DNA of 64,000 nt from Leidyana gryllorum EB-2025a (GCA_048772705.1 JBLWGC010000033.1:124001-188000); one strand, 5' to 3'; shown: positions 1 through 12,602, counted from the stretch's first letter. The notes: a model not told the origin generated them from the letters alone. Numbers and translations are program-made.

Positions 1-479
1 AGAAGGAGGAAATCGTTGTCCAAATACAGACTTTTCCTCCGGAGTGATAACTTCCGACAGTTCGTCAGCCGCCCCAACGCTCAGTGAAGCGGTCACACAC
101 AGACACAAGTGATCTCGGGCAGACGACTGTCGGTAGGCTGTCACCTGTGGAACTTTCATTTTCACACTTTGCGGTGACGGAAAATTTCTCGTAACACACT
201 GGCAACCCACAAATTAAGTTGTTTCTTTGTTACACTACACCGCTTTCGCCAGTGAACGCAGCATCGCACTCACACAGGCCTATGGAATTTACTATCGCCC
301 TCTGGTTGGGTGTGTGGGTGCTGCTACGTGTCTCTTGTCTCTTGTCGATTATCGGTTGTCAATCAAACAGACTGAACTCCGATCATTGTTGCGGTATCTG
401 CTCGCACTGAATTACTAATTTCATCTTCGTTTGACGATAAATAGGTCGGCTGGTACTGATCGTCGGCTCCCTAATAGCC

Positions 480-2078
480 TCACTTTCGCCTGTCGTCACA
501 ATCTGCTTGTTTTGTTATAGCGAGATATGGAAGTTTTGAGCGACGCCTCGTCCTCCTTTTCCGTCTTCCCCTCGCAAGTGCGGCTCCGCGTGCAATTCCA
601 AGTCTCTGGATGAACCGTTTCAGTTGCTGGTTGAAGGGGAATAAGAAGCCTCGCTGTTCTTCCTTCTCCATCGCTGGTTCGTCGTTGTTGGTCACCACTA
701 TTTTTCGCCTCTCCAGGCACTCCATCGCCTTTTCTGACCACCGCACAGTGTATCCGAGACTTTGCAGCGCCAACAACTCGAATCGATCCGATTCCCCCAT
801 CTCGTCCCCCAGACGATCCGAGGAGAGCTCCCGCAAAGCGTCTCTGGGAGCGTCGGTCATATCCTTTTCGCACACACTAGTCAAAGGATAGATGTTCGGA
901 TACGCTCCAGACGAAGGGAACCGAACAGTGTACAACGGTCGTCCCCCTGTGTTCAGTATTACTGCGGCTAATTCCTTCTGGTCTGTTGTGTAGAATCGAA
1001 GTCGGCATTTTGTGGGAGGGAGCAGTTCCAACAGGTATTGCACCTCCCCGTCTCCAATTGTGTCCCATAAATCATCGTCGTCATCGTTCACTGTGCATTC
1101 TTGTTCCCTGTACACGCCGCAGGGGTCATTCCACGATGCTGTCAAAGTCCTGCCACTTCTCACTGACTCCTTGACCGTTTTTGAAATCTCATCTGCAGCC
1201 ACGTCTTCTTCAATCATCTTGCCAGACACCACCTCCTTAACCCTCCATTCGGGGGCAACACCGACATCGTAATGTCCCCATTCTGAGAAGGTAATCTGGG
1301 CTGACGGACAATGTCTGGCGGCTCTATAGCCGGCGGGTGTCCTCAGCCAAATTTGGTTCTCATCGAGAATGGCTGTCTCGATCGGCTGAATCCGCGCTTC
1401 TCTCGAGATTTTAGCAGCGATGACATCAGTATATCGTGACAGACAGGGGCCTGGCGGGAGAGTCGATACCGATGCAGCACGCCAAACTTCAATGATTCTG
1501 TTCTTCGAGGGCACAATGAGGCCCACTAAATGGGAGGGCGCTTCGCTCCAAGCCTTGCCCTTGGAGACGGTCAACAAAGGTATCACATCGAGTGAACTCG
1601 TTAACTGGATGATGAAATCATTGTCCCGGAGCAATTGCGGCAATCGCCTTTCCAACTGCCCACACAGGTTCCACCCATCCAGATTCGACATGTCCACTCC
1701 GATTCTGTCTCCCCCCATGTGCTTCAGAGATAAACGTTTGCCTAACTCCCGCAATCGCGTCAGCGTCTGCATCCCCTCAGTCGCGAAGCTTTCAGACCCG
1801 GACGCAACAAAGGACACTGTCTTGGCGATCTTTGGAGTGGAGACCGGCTCGACCGGTAATCCCGTATGTACCGTTTGCACTTCAACCGTTGTCAATGGGG
1901 TTTCGGACAAGTTATCGTTCGCTGATGAGTTCTCTGCCAGTACCGACCCGGCAATATAGAGCGCGCAGGGCATCCATGAGCAATCCACTACAGCCTGGCG
2001 ATTCTGGCATGGCGGTCGCATCAAAAAAAAAGCTCCCGTTACAGCCAATTCCCCGGCTCTGGCGACCTCGACACCCAA
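480..2078 (-). CDS. Hypothetical protein (~500 aa) with basic NLS-like C-terminus
   Basis: 532-codon open frame with protein-like composition; C-terminal RGRRKRRTRRRSK. The track start is non-ATG, so the real start is probably a downstream ATG. No family recognised. Confidence 0.6.
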   Translation of the reverse strand: MGVEVARAGELAVTGAFFLMRPPCQNRQAVVDCSWMPCALYIAGSVLAENSSANDNLSETPLTTVEVQTVHTGLPVEPVSTPKIAKTVSFVASGSESFATEGMQTLTRLRELGKRLSLKHMGGDRIGVDMSNLDGWNLCGQLERRLPQLLRDNDFIIQLTSSLDVIPLLTVSKGKAWSEAPSHLVGLIVPSKNRIIEVWRAASVSTLPPGPCLSRYTDVIAAKISREARIQPIETAILDENQIWLRTPAGYRAARHCPSAQITFSEWGHYDVGVAPEWRVKEVVSGKMIEEDVAADEISKTVKESVRSGRTLTASWNDPCGVYREQECTVNDDDDDLWDTIGDGEVQYLLELLPPTKCRLRFYTTDQKELAAVILNTGGRPLYTVRFPSSGAYPNIYPLTSVCEKDMTDAPRDALRELSSDRLGDEMGESDRFELLALQSLGYTVRWSEKAMECLERRKIVVTNNDEPAMEKEEQRGFLFPFNQQLKRFIQRLGIARGAALARGRRKRRTRRRSKLPYLAITKQADCDDRRK

Positions 2079-2206
2079 TAAACCGCGAGATCCTCACGTT
2101 TCTGTACACAATTACGCACAATCACACACCATCAGTTATCCCTCATCTCTTAACCACCTCTCTGCTTCACCACAGACCATCGCTCCGCCGTTTGATCAGC
2201 GGCCTC

Positions 2207-2605
2207 ATCTTTGTTAGACAAAACGCTGCCCACACTTCAATGCAAAAACACCTCAAATTTTTCAGCGACTGTGCTTCAAGGGATCTGTTCTTCAGTCCAC
2301 CGCACTGTCTCAGCAGAAATACTCTGCAACCAACTCAAACCACGAGGATGACAGCGTCTTGGCTTCCCATGCGACTTATTGGAGGAGCTTCTCGAAGTCA
2401 AGACTGCTGAGTGGTGACAGACTCGCGATGGTAAGTGACCCCCTAACTCCGGGAAGGATTGAAGGACAGCTTTCGCCCTCCCATCTGGTCAGAGAGCCCT
2501 CTCGCCCTAACCATTAATGCAAAGAGCTCCTCGTAACCCGTCTCCCCCGCTAACTATCCAGCGAGATTGAGCCGTCTCCCCCCATCTATCAATTCACAGG
2601 GCTCC
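2207..2605 (+). repeat. Left arm of ~400-bp inverted repeat
   Basis: ATCTTTGTTAGACAAAACGCTGCC...CAATTCACAGGGCTCC is the reverse complement of 6971-7368, with about 5 differences by eye. Confidence 0.95.
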
Positions 2606-4224
2606 CTCCTGTCCGGCACGAGAGCAGTCTCCTGTTGCCGATTTTAGCCTCCTCTCCTTCCTATCGGAGGAGGGAGACGTCTCCCCCCTATCTATCAATT
2701 CACAGGGCTCCGCTCCACTGGTATACCTTGCCGATGTACACTCTGTTAGCCACGACTGCTTGAGCATGAAGAGCGGTAAGAACTCCATGCACCATTGCTT
2801 CTCACCTTTGGCAGCACGTCAAGGTGGCGATTGCAGCTGATTTGAGACCAGCAGATTCCAGAGTCAATTGTTACCGTTTGAAGTAACGCGCACTTTGTCA
2901 CTAAGGCAGTCGGAATTTTGAATTCCAGTATGTTGGCGGGGTATGTATGACATGTTCTGAAGTCTTCTTTCAACTTGATGATACGGCTGATGGCCGAAGA
3001 GCGATCGAACGCATTTTTAAGCTGGGCAAGGGTACACAATCGATTGACTGTACAGATGACTACACGTGCAATCCTCTAAACTAACTCCGTCAGTCCTCAG
3101 GGCCGGCTGACGTCCAGTCTGGGAAGAGCTGTGATGAACTCGCTATCGCGGCACCGAACTCGTCGCTTCTCCAAGATACAAATAATCAGTATGTATCACC
3201 ACGCTCCAACTCTTCGTCCGCAGATGTAATCGAGTCGGATACCACTCCATGGCGCAGTGTGCACAATGCTCTGAATCCTCGCACTGGGCGTCCCCCTTTC
3301 TCATATTACTGCATGCCTTCCGTTTCTCGTCTCGTCTCCTGGCCGGGGAGGTCCGTGACCAGGTGGATTTGCCTCCATTCCTTAACACGTGCTAAGTCCT
3401 GGGTTTTCCGCCTCGTTCCCTCGCCACGGAGGTTTCTGTGCCCGTGGAGCCGCCACCACTCCGTTTCTAGCCCCGTCCGCAGTCCTCATATCACCGTTTT
3501 GCGGAAGTCCACCGCCTTCTTGCGCCAGGCCTCCAATCTCCCTCTCAAGCTCGATACATTTAGCCACGACTCCTGCGTTTACAAGCTGAAGGTTGACCAC
3601 TGTCCGGCGAAGATCTTCAACTTCAGTAAGGACATTCGCGCGTCGAGTTTGGAGCGGAATTCCATCAGCGAGAAGTCTTTCTGCATCATCCAGGCCCGGC
3701 GGATTCTCGTCTGCAGGACCGCGAGCTCCGTCTGGAAGAGCGGCCCAGCGTTGCTTCCATACATAAAGGCACCAAACCGACAAACACTTGAATCTATGAG
3801 CCTCAATCTCAACCAGACCACAATCGAACTCACAGAAAAGTCAAATGAGCAACAGTAGCATCGCGCAGCGCGCATACTATTTCTTCCAACCACAACCTCT
3901 CCCACTGTTGAGGCAAGCTGTATCAGAGGGCGAGGGAGATACCACTGATCAATACCAGGACAGTCATAGTAAGGATTGTCGTTCCCACAACGAAATGTGA
4001 ATACCAATAGGTCAGGAATCTGGTTCGCATTGCCCTCGCCACGCCCCCAGTGTGAGAAAAAAAAGACCGAAGTCTGTCCAGCATCTGTGTCAAGTTACGG
4101 GGGCAAACTGGACGTTCAAAGGATTAATTTTTTGTCTCTGTCTCCCCCGCCATATTGAATCTACTACACCCCACCAATAATACTAACACACATATGTGAT
4201 CGAAAACGTGTCATCAAAGAACGC

Positions 4225-5313
4225 TTATGTGGGCCCCAACTTCTCCTCCTCGCTTCGTGAGAATACTTCTTCGTGCAGACTCAAAGGACAGACAGCCGGT
4301 AACATCACAACAGCATTGAAATATTCCAGTTCTGCGAACCTCTGATCCAGCAACATACCGCCCAGCCACCGATCGTCTGAGGAAATGAGAGCGATCCGGC
4401 CAAATAATCCTCCCACAGACGGTTGAGCCTCGGCCAATGTCGCTTCCAACATCGCAGAGTACCATTGACCGACGAATACTTTTGGCACGTTGGGGGAATA
4501 CGTGTATTGGACGAGAGTGGACTCAGCCCGGACACTTTTTTCTCGCAGCCGTGGCCACTCCTCGCTGTCGTCATCAGATTGAGCCTCCAGATACGCATCG
4601 ATCTCATCAGCCGAGCAACCGATGTCCTTCAGCATCGCTCGGAGGGTGGCATCGGTGTAGAGTCCCGAGACGAGTTCCAATTGGACCTTAGGCCACGGGT
4701 ATTGTAGAAGCGCTGCAGCTTGAAGGCCGAAGCGAATACGAACCCCTTTCCGTCGCCAGATAGAGTGGCCAACCAAAAACCAATCAACCAACTTAATGGT
4801 TTTTGAAGGTATTCCGGTAAAACTGACGTAGTGGATGTGACATCTTTCAATTAATCGTCGAACCGCTTCCGGTGAGTCTTCCCGGTCGGTGTGAAGGCAC
4901 AGCACCCGGATACAATCGGGAAGCCAAAATTGGGAAGTCGCGTCTTCAACCAGCGCTGCGGTGAGTGCCCAACCCTGCAGAGGTAACTCGATGCGCTTCA
5001 GACTTCGGAAGGGCAAACTTCTAATTGAGTCTTCGGTCAGAGTTGGAATGGAAGCGTTATTGACATAGAGAACCCGTGTCACCTCTATCTGGACAAAGAG
5101 CCGTCTCCCTCGATGCAAGGAACTTATGACTCCGTGTATTGCGAGGGAGCCTTTTCCCTCGTGGCCGGGCCGTTCACAATGCTTCTTGCTTCCCATCGGC
5201 CCGCCCACAAGGCTTCCGTCGTCCGATGGGGCCAAGAAAGGGCCCTCTCTATGCCATGTACAGTCAACAGGATTACATCTTCTCAATGTACGAATAGATG
5301 GAACCGCAGTCAA
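4225..5313 (-). CDS. Hypothetical protein inside the TIR element
   Basis: 362-codon uninterrupted ORF (first ATG at 5196). Weak LRR-like segments (FRSLKRIELPL, CIRVLCLH); no confident family. Confidence 0.5.
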   Translation of the reverse strand: MTAVPSIRTLRRCNPVDCTWHREGPFLAPSDDGSLVGGPMGSKKHCERPGHEGKGSLAIHGVISSLHRGRRLFVQIEVTRVLYVNNASIPTLTEDSIRSLPFRSLKRIELPLQGWALTAALVEDATSQFWLPDCIRVLCLHTDREDSPEAVRRLIERCHIHYVSFTGIPSKTIKLVDWFLVGHSIWRRKGVRIRFGLQAAALLQYPWPKVQLELVSGLYTDATLRAMLKDIGCSADEIDAYLEAQSDDDSEEWPRLREKSVRAESTLVQYTYSPNVPKVFVGQWYSAMLEATLAEAQPSVGGLFGRIALISSDDRWLGGMLLDQRFAELEYFNAVVMLPAVCPLSLHEEVFSRSEEEKLGPT

Positions 5314-6970
5314 TCCTCAGCCTCAGATAAGCAATTAGAAAAGAGAAGGCGGCTCAACCAAAAGAGTGGCCGGCCACCAATTGTAGGGTGACAGTTGGCA
5401 CTTGCAGGAAGACATCGAGCTGAACGTTGATTTGGTGTTCCCAGCGCTGCTTCGGTATGTCTGACAGCGCAGTAAGTGCTGTCAGCGTTAAGTCCGTTCT
5501 AAAACCGGCCCCAAAATCGTGTAGAGCGGGTTGCTATCATTCGACTCGCTGGAGTCGTTCTGCCTTTTGAGTGACTAAAACCTCCCGCCTGCAGGTTCCC
5601 TGAGGCCCGGCCCACTGGGCGTACCGTTGCACACTACGGCTACCCTTAGCATTTTGTTAAGATTACGTTCGAAGGCCCAGCGAAAGGGCACGGGGAGTGT
5701 GAGCGAGTTTCGAGGGCGGCGTCGCAAATGGTGAGCGGTTAAGAGGAAGTTGCAAACTCCTTGGGTCACGAGGGGCGACTCTGCTTTTGAAGGGCAGTTC
5801 AAAAAGCAGAGCAGACCACAAAGGGTCGACCCAGTGTGATTACCTAAAAGACGAACTCACTTCTCGCAACCGTAGAACCACTCAGGGGGTAAAGCATAGA
5901 CGACCGGCTACGTGAATTCTGAGTTGAACACTCCCCCACCCCGTACCATTAATCCTCCCCTCATGTCGCGTCCGTAGAGATAGTTTGCATAGACCACAGA
6001 GGCATAGGTAGATACTCGGCCTGTGAAGGGGACGGAAACCCCTGAACGACACTGAAAATCTGCCCAGGAGAAACCAAACAACGGGCACATGGTCCACATT
6101 CACCATTGGTGCGCAGCACGCGTGCAGTTGTTCGTTTTCAACACGCGCCAGATGAAGTGCTCCTGCCTATTCTCACATAAAGTGTACAAAAACAAGCCTA
6201 CATCTTCTGCAAGTTTCGCTGAGTTTTTCTTCTGATGCAGAGAGACTGCTGTCTCCTGTGGAGTCACCTTTCCGATTCTCACCCCAATCTCGCTTAGTCG
6301 TGGGAGACCTGGGTTGAAACTAATCTGAGCTATGAGGAACTGAAGGCATCAAAAACGTTCCCGTGATACTCTCTCCAATCAGTCATTACTCCAACTAAAG
6401 CGGAGTCGCGGATACGTAACTTGGACGCGGGATCGTCTCCATCGGGCGACAAACGGTGTTTCTTGTCTTTGGCGTGTTGTTCACAGCTTACTAAGGGCTC
6501 TACCGTTACGATTTAATCGCTCTCCGACTGCCGAGATGCAAACTTCGCCAAACGTGTACCACTATATTTTTGAACCATCCGGTGGCATTAGGTATCCTAA
6601 TTGGGATAGGGACTGTGGTGCAACAGCTTTAGACGTTGGGAGGCGGCGCGGAACTGGGGAGCAGATTGGTTGCCGCGGCTTTACATTTCGGAGGGTATAA
6701 GAGTTGCGGACAGCTTGCGTCGATAAGTCTCCGAGGCTGCCAGCATGGCTGTGTCCCCAAAGCTGATCAGAACCGCATAATGGATTGTGACACTCATTCA
6801 GCGGGTCTCTGGGAGGCCGTCCGCGGCCGCTCCACTCTCAAAGGACCTCCGAAAAGAACTTTGTGGCCCATACCATTCAGTGCTGCTATTCAGCTAAGCG
6901 GGAGCGTACGGGGAGCGTACGGGGCGCTGAGAGGTAGCAGGAACGGCTCTTTGTCCAGATAGAGGAGAGC

Positions 6971-7368
6971 GGAGCCCTGCGAATTGATAGATGGGGGGAA
7001 CGGCTCAATCTCGCTGGATAGTTAGGGGGGGAGACGGGTTACGAGGAGCTCTTTGCATTAATGGTTAGGGCGAGAGGGCTCTCTGACCAGATGGGAGGGC
7101 GAAAGCTGTCCTTCAATCCTTACCGGAGTTAGGGGGTCACTTACCATCGCGAGTCTGTCACCACTCAGCAGTCTTGACTTCGAGAAGCTCCTCCAATAAG
7201 TCGCATGGGAAGCCAAGACGCTGTCATCCTCGTGGTTTGAGTTGGTTGCAGAGTATTTCTGCTGAGACAGTGCGGTGGACTGAAGAACAGATCCCTTGAA
7301 GCACAGTCGCTAAAAAATTTGAGGTGTTTTTGCATTGAAGTGTGGGCAGCGTTTTGTCTAACAAAGAT
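6971..7368 (-). repeat. Right arm of ~400-bp inverted repeat
   Basis: GGAGCCCTGCGAATTG...GGCAGCGTTTTGTCTAACAAAGAT; reverse complement of 2207-2605. Confidence 0.95.
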
Positions 7369-7371
7369 ATG

Positions 7372-10300
7372 TCAAATCCAACAGTCCACCAATGTGTGGT
7401 TTGAAAGAGGCGTAACTACACAGAGAGCTGGAGAGTAGACTGTTCCTTCTCTGCTTGACTTGGGATCCATGGTGGCAGGAGGATATATGGACTCCACCAC
7501 CCGCGAACTATAGGCATGAGGATGTACTGATATAACTGAGCGTGGTGCCACGTGCGGAAGGAGCCTTCTGTGGAGCTCCTGACCTCCGATAAAGTCAACT
7601 ACGCGCATCAGTCCACCATTCCCATTCTTAGCCTGATGGAGCAGTAGTCCGCAGTGTGTGCCCTCTATGTTCAGTGTGGCTGGAGTAGCATTGTAGCCAG
7701 GGGTATCAGGCAATACGACTTCCTGCAAACTTGAGCAATGTAGATCTCCGAGCACCACCTTGGCTGGGGGAGCCGCGGAGTTCAACTTGGTATAGCTCAC
7801 CGCCGACACAGCTGCCATTCGCCTGTCAAAGGTCACCACGGAGGAGGCTGAGGAATGCATTCGTCCGTTGTTCATTGCTGCCCAAGCTCGCAAACCGTCT
7901 GCAGGATATCGAGCGAGTCCCGCTAGGGTGCTCCAGAGAGATCGAGTCAATTGTTCCCCATGCCGCGGAGACAGGGGTGCAGGTGATGCGGTGTTGGTAG
8001 GCACACCTGAGCCTGCAAGTGGAGTGGGAGGCTCATACACAGCGAATTGCATCATGCCGTTCGTCATCCGCACATCCAGGGCAACGGATCCAGGCCGAAG
8101 CGTGTGCTGCCAGATGGGGACAGTCCAAGGAGGTGCCCGTGTGTCTCTTTGTCTGATGTCCCCGTCAACTGACGATGTTAGGAGAATGTTGGAGTAGGCG
8201 GAGACCGAGACGACTGGCGCGTTATGCCCTTCCCACCAGCTTACAACCGACAACGAAGTGGTGTCCCACAGCCCAACAGCTTCGTCCATAGAACCTGTGG
8301 CGATTAGATGAGGTAATTCTATGACCTCTGCCATACACAAGATCTTCCCTCGGTGGGCTGATCGGCTGTAGGATACTCTCTCTAGCTGCACGGAGGCGGT
8401 GACATCCATAGAGATGACTTTTCCACTCTTGCTCCCAGCGAAAACGTGACCTCCACACGCACTGAATGTCATTGCAGGGGTAAGTCCGGAGTAGTTGAGC
8501 ACATGGCAGCGGGTTGGATTGTCAAAGACGTCTCCGAGACGATGCACGCTGACGACACCCAACGTGCTGTTCATGCTGGCCATCCGATTGTCGTGGAACG
8601 CAAAGCAGTCATAGCAACTTGGCAGTTGACCGGAGGCATGATGAGTCAAAAGTGACGCGCTGGAGCATCCAGCCCAGGTGACAATTCTGTCAACACCATC
8701 CCTCAAACCTGGTGCCGCGCGGGTCAGTATTCTCTCCGATCCCACAGACACCGATCCAGTAGCCTCCAAGCGTTTGACGACCCCTGGAATTGGAAGAAGA
8801 CCCGGCTGGCTCTGGAAGATTGTCAGCCATGAACACGAGGAGGTCATTTGACCAGTGGTACTCTCCCGAGAACTGGTAACAAAGTCGAGGAACTGTTGTA
8901 AGACTTCGCTCAGAAGGAGCGGTGCCGCTCCAACACACGACATTAGCAGACCGGTGGGGTGGGTTCGACGGGGTGGATGTCCCTCGAAGAATAATTGTAA
9001 TGGTACTTGGCCGAACTCGTCAATCTATCTCAATCATCAATTAGAGATCGATGGTAGTGATACTCACCTGTTGGAGCAGTGCTGGGTTGGGGCTCTGTTT
9101 GCGTTGTGGAGGCGGCGGTTTGGTGGGGGTGTTTGACATTCGGGGCACAAGATCTTGTCCAGTTTCCCGGGTTAAGTAGGTGGTGGGGTGGAAAATGTTG
9201 AAAGCCTCTTCGGCAGCTTCGCCGAGCTGACGGTAGCCGAAGATCAGATCTATCCATTTATGTAAGCGAGTGCTCACAACCCCGCCTTCCAAAAGCAGCC
9301 GATGGATAAATAAGAACCACAGGGCGTCGACTTCCCGTTTGGTCAGTTCAGTCAACAGAGTTCCGGTCCAGGCGACTGTGTGAGTTGAAGAGGCTTTGAC
9401 CAAGTCTTCCGGCGAGAAAGGACTCTCACATCCCGGCGGAAGATCCACGTCCGTAACTCCGGCATCGAGTGGGAACTCTAACAGCAAGAAGGTGGGGTCG
9501 GCCCGATAAAACTCTGGCGTCAGCTCCATGAAGGATGTCTGAAGAGGGAGGAGAGATGAGTTGGGAGCGTGCAGAGTGGGTGGGTGGAGGACGCACACTC
9601 TCTGGGCGACACTTAGACACTCAGACACTTACCTGGCCTTTGAGTACAGCTGTCCAACTATCAACGATAGAATGGAAGAGACGGGTTGCATTGTCAAACT
9701 TTCCAGCATTCAAACGAAGGTGCAACTCGGGAGCGTGTCGTAGGCGCCAATGGGCCACGAACGCAGGCGTTGAATAATGTGATCCGAAAAGGTATTGGTC
9801 ACTTCTGGGCAAATGTGCCATCCTTTCCAACAGCCGTTCGAGACGCTCGTGGCTGAGGGCACCGATTGGTCGAGAGAGATCCCTATAATTGGCAGTCTGC
9901 TTGGCCGCTTCGGGTTTGGCCACTTTGGTACCGTCCTTGGCGGTCTGCGGGGGTGGTTTGGTGCCGAACATTACACTCGTATTGAAGAGAGCGGACCATC
10001 GAGCGGCAATCCAGGGGAAGACGGGATACGAAGGAAGAGACCGCTCGCTACGGCCCGCAATGCAGTTCAACGCTTGCAGATAGTGAAAGTTGGACAGCTT
10101 CCCATTTTGCCATAACGTGGTGAGTTGCTGTGTAATGAGACAAAGGGGGCTGTTTTTCGGAGACGGCTGGGCGGAAGCTCACTTTGATGAAATGGGGGTC
10201 CCGCTGGGGAGCGAACATTTTGGGATCGGCAGTTCCCAAATGTTCCACAAACGTTCGATGCTGAGCAACAGTCTCGAATACGAGGTACAGACTGATAATC

Positions 10301-11199
10301 TCGCGATCCGTGCTGGAGGCGGGGGCGCAGAAGACTTCGCACGCTTTGATCTCGCAGCTGACGACTCGTTCCATGGCAAAAGCGCATCGTCGAAGGAGGT
10401 ATGTGTCGATCTTGACGGACGGTAAATGAACAAAGAGGAAGCCAACTGGATTGATCAGAATAACACCAGCACTGGGGTGAAGGGGATCGAGGATTCGAGC
10501 GTATAAATAGTCGCTCTTATTGTGAGCGATACTCTTGGCGGGGAGTTTACGGCTTAGGGCCGCTCTGACAATTTCATCTCTATGTGCCCTGACGGCCGCA
10601 TCCACACTCTCCGGGTCATTTCGCAGATCGAACAACTGAGTAACGAGTTTCTGAGACTCTGTTTTACTCCACTGGGCAGAATCCGCAACTCGGAATAAAC
10701 AGAAACAGCGCCAATTCTCATCTGTGTTGAGCTTCTGTTCGGTCGCATCGCCATCGGCATCGACCGAGTTGTTGCTCGCAATGTCTTTGATCTCCCCGAT
10801 GAGCTTCTGATAATTCTTGGTGGCTCTGAGGTCTCGATTAGGGAGTCGATTGAGAGGAATGAGTGTTATCTCTCGAAAATACACCGCCAATCCGCCTCCG
10901 TCAGAACACGAGAGCTGCACCATTTGGCGGAAGGGTATCCGCAGAATACACGGCTCGTCATCCTGTTGATTGCTGCCGGGCCCCGTCGAATAGCGCGAGG
11001 GGCCAGCCGTGATGAAAAGCAGGCCGACGTTGCTGATGCGAAGTCGACCGCCCAATACACCCCTGTCACAGAGGGTGACCCAGTGGCGCTGACGCGCTAT
11101 GGCTCGTTTGGTGGCGCTGCCTGCTGGTACTGGCAGACTGAATGTAGCGGGGACGTCGCAGAGACAGATTTCATCATCGCCCAAAAGGGAGTCTGCCAT
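7372..11199 (-). CDS. PH/GRAM-BEACH-WD40 protein (FAN/NSMAF-like architecture), multi-exon
   Basis: After splicing 10182-10128 the frame reads LWQNGKLSNFHYLQALNCIAGRS. Further BEACH motifs YPVFPW, RDLSRPIG, GSHYS, GKFDxxxRLFHSI, ELTPEFY, WIDLIFGYRQ; WD40 repeats (IATGSMDEAVGLWD, GHNAPV) in the last exon. Confidence 0.92.
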
Positions 11200-11390
11200 T
11201 TACTACTATCAAAGGTTTGAGGTACATTCTGAGTTCGATCTATCATTTATTGGAGTAATTGGAGGGCTAAAGGGGAGTTGGAGAGCTTTCTGAGGCTCAA
11301 AACGATTTTTGGCCCAAAGTAGCATTCGCTCTGCCCACTCGATCGTCACTTGGAGTAGTAAAAAAAAACCTATTTATCTTTCATCACGAG

Positions 11391-12602
11391 ATGAGAGTTG
11401 TCAATATCACTCCCTCATCTTCGAAGAAGGGCACTCGAATCGGACTCGCACTTCCTCTAGCCAATGCACTGGTAGCACATATAGCCCCTGTCTCCACAGA
11501 TGCAGATATTGGACCCGAGCCTGAGCAGCCTGTCAAGGAATCTCCTCCCCAGGCAGCTGAGATTGACGTGTTCCGTACCCTGGCCGATGATGAGGGTTTG
11601 AACAATCTGTTGAACGGCAAGATGCCAAGTGACCCACGCAAGGCCGCCATCGTGAAGCAGCGAATGGATAGACTCGCTGAGGAGATCGCCAAATATGCCG
11701 AGGCTGTCAAGTCTGGTCAGGAGGTCAATAAATCCATGGAACAGCTGTTGGCAATGAACCACGTACCCGAAGATCTCGTCGAGTTTGTCGAGAAGAATGA
11801 TCCGACGGCTCTTGTGATCCCCGTGGCCGAAGTAGGTCGCCCGGAGACACGTCACTACGAGCGTCTCAAGCTGACCCCCCAGGACTACAATACTCTTTCT
11901 CAATTCTTCCAGGATGTCCCCATTGAGGAACGCAAGCGCGCCATGACCAACTGGCTCATTGCCATGTCTCATGAGGCCACTGGTCTGCACCAGTGGCTCC
12001 ATCAACGCATTGAGGCTTCGCATCCTCTGTGGGGTGCCGATGGCAAGTTGAATACGGATCTTCTGCCCAATTCCGAGGATTGGGGAGTCGTTCACCTGGC
12101 CGGATGCGGCGAAGTTCCGTATCCCAAGAAGTATGAGAACCTCCTGTCAGTCCTCAAGGACAACATCTTCTGGCTCAAGAAAGACCAAGCTGAGATTGAT
12201 CGTCGTGTCATCAAAAGCGAGTTTGAGCTCGAGGGACAGAGTAGATTCGGTATGCTCATGGCCCTCTTCAACAGATGGTATGAGCAGAACATTATGCTCG
12301 TCCGCCCCAGTGATAAGGACAAGGATTACGGGTTCGAGCTCGCAGCCAACAAACCATTCCTCGGCGACAATCTCGATGTTACCACCGCTCCCAACCCGGT
12401 CAATGATTCCGAGTTTTACGTCAGCACAGACTTGGCCAGAATGCTCACCAACGCTCCTTCGCCTACTGACGGTCCCAAGATGCCAATCAGCCTCAGCAAG
12501 GGAATGTATCTGGTCGCAAGGTGCAGTTACCTCCGTCCATCATGGCACCCGGACGCACGCGATGCGGTCAACAAAGCTTTGAACGCCGCAGGCAGCAAGT
12601 AG
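11391..12602 (+). CDS. Hypothetical protein, 403 aa
   Basis: Long ATG-initiated ORF with strong C/G-ending codon bias; no family recognised. Confidence 0.75.
   Translation: MRVVNITPSSSKKGTRIGLALPLANALVAHIAPVSTDADIGPEPEQPVKESPPQAAEIDVFRTLADDEGLNNLLNGKMPSDPRKAAIVKQRMDRLAEEIAKYAEAVKSGQEVNKSMEQLLAMNHVPEDLVEFVEKNDPTALVIPVAEVGRPETRHYERLKLTPQDYNTLSQFFQDVPIEERKRAMTNWLIAMSHEATGLHQWLHQRIEASHPLWGADGKLNTDLLPNSEDWGVVHLAGCGEVPYPKKYENLLSVLKDNIFWLKKDQAEIDRRVIKSEFELEGQSRFGMLMALFNRWYEQNIMLVRPSDKDKDYGFELAANKPFLGDNLDVTTAPNPVNDSEFYVSTDLARMLTNAPSPTDGPKMPISLSKGMYLVARCSYLRPSWHPDARDAVNKALNAAGSK

Larger units (their letters stand above)
2207..7368. mobile_element. Putative non-autonomous long-TIR element (~5.2 kb) with cargo
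   Basis: Long near-identical terminal inverted repeats around a gene-poor interior. No transposase motif seen; no TSD longer than a possible AT dinucleotide. Confidence 0.5.

Noticed and set aside
2440-2560. Telomeric repeats (CCCTAA) in the inverted repeat arm
   Set aside because: Only isolated hexamers, not a tandem array.
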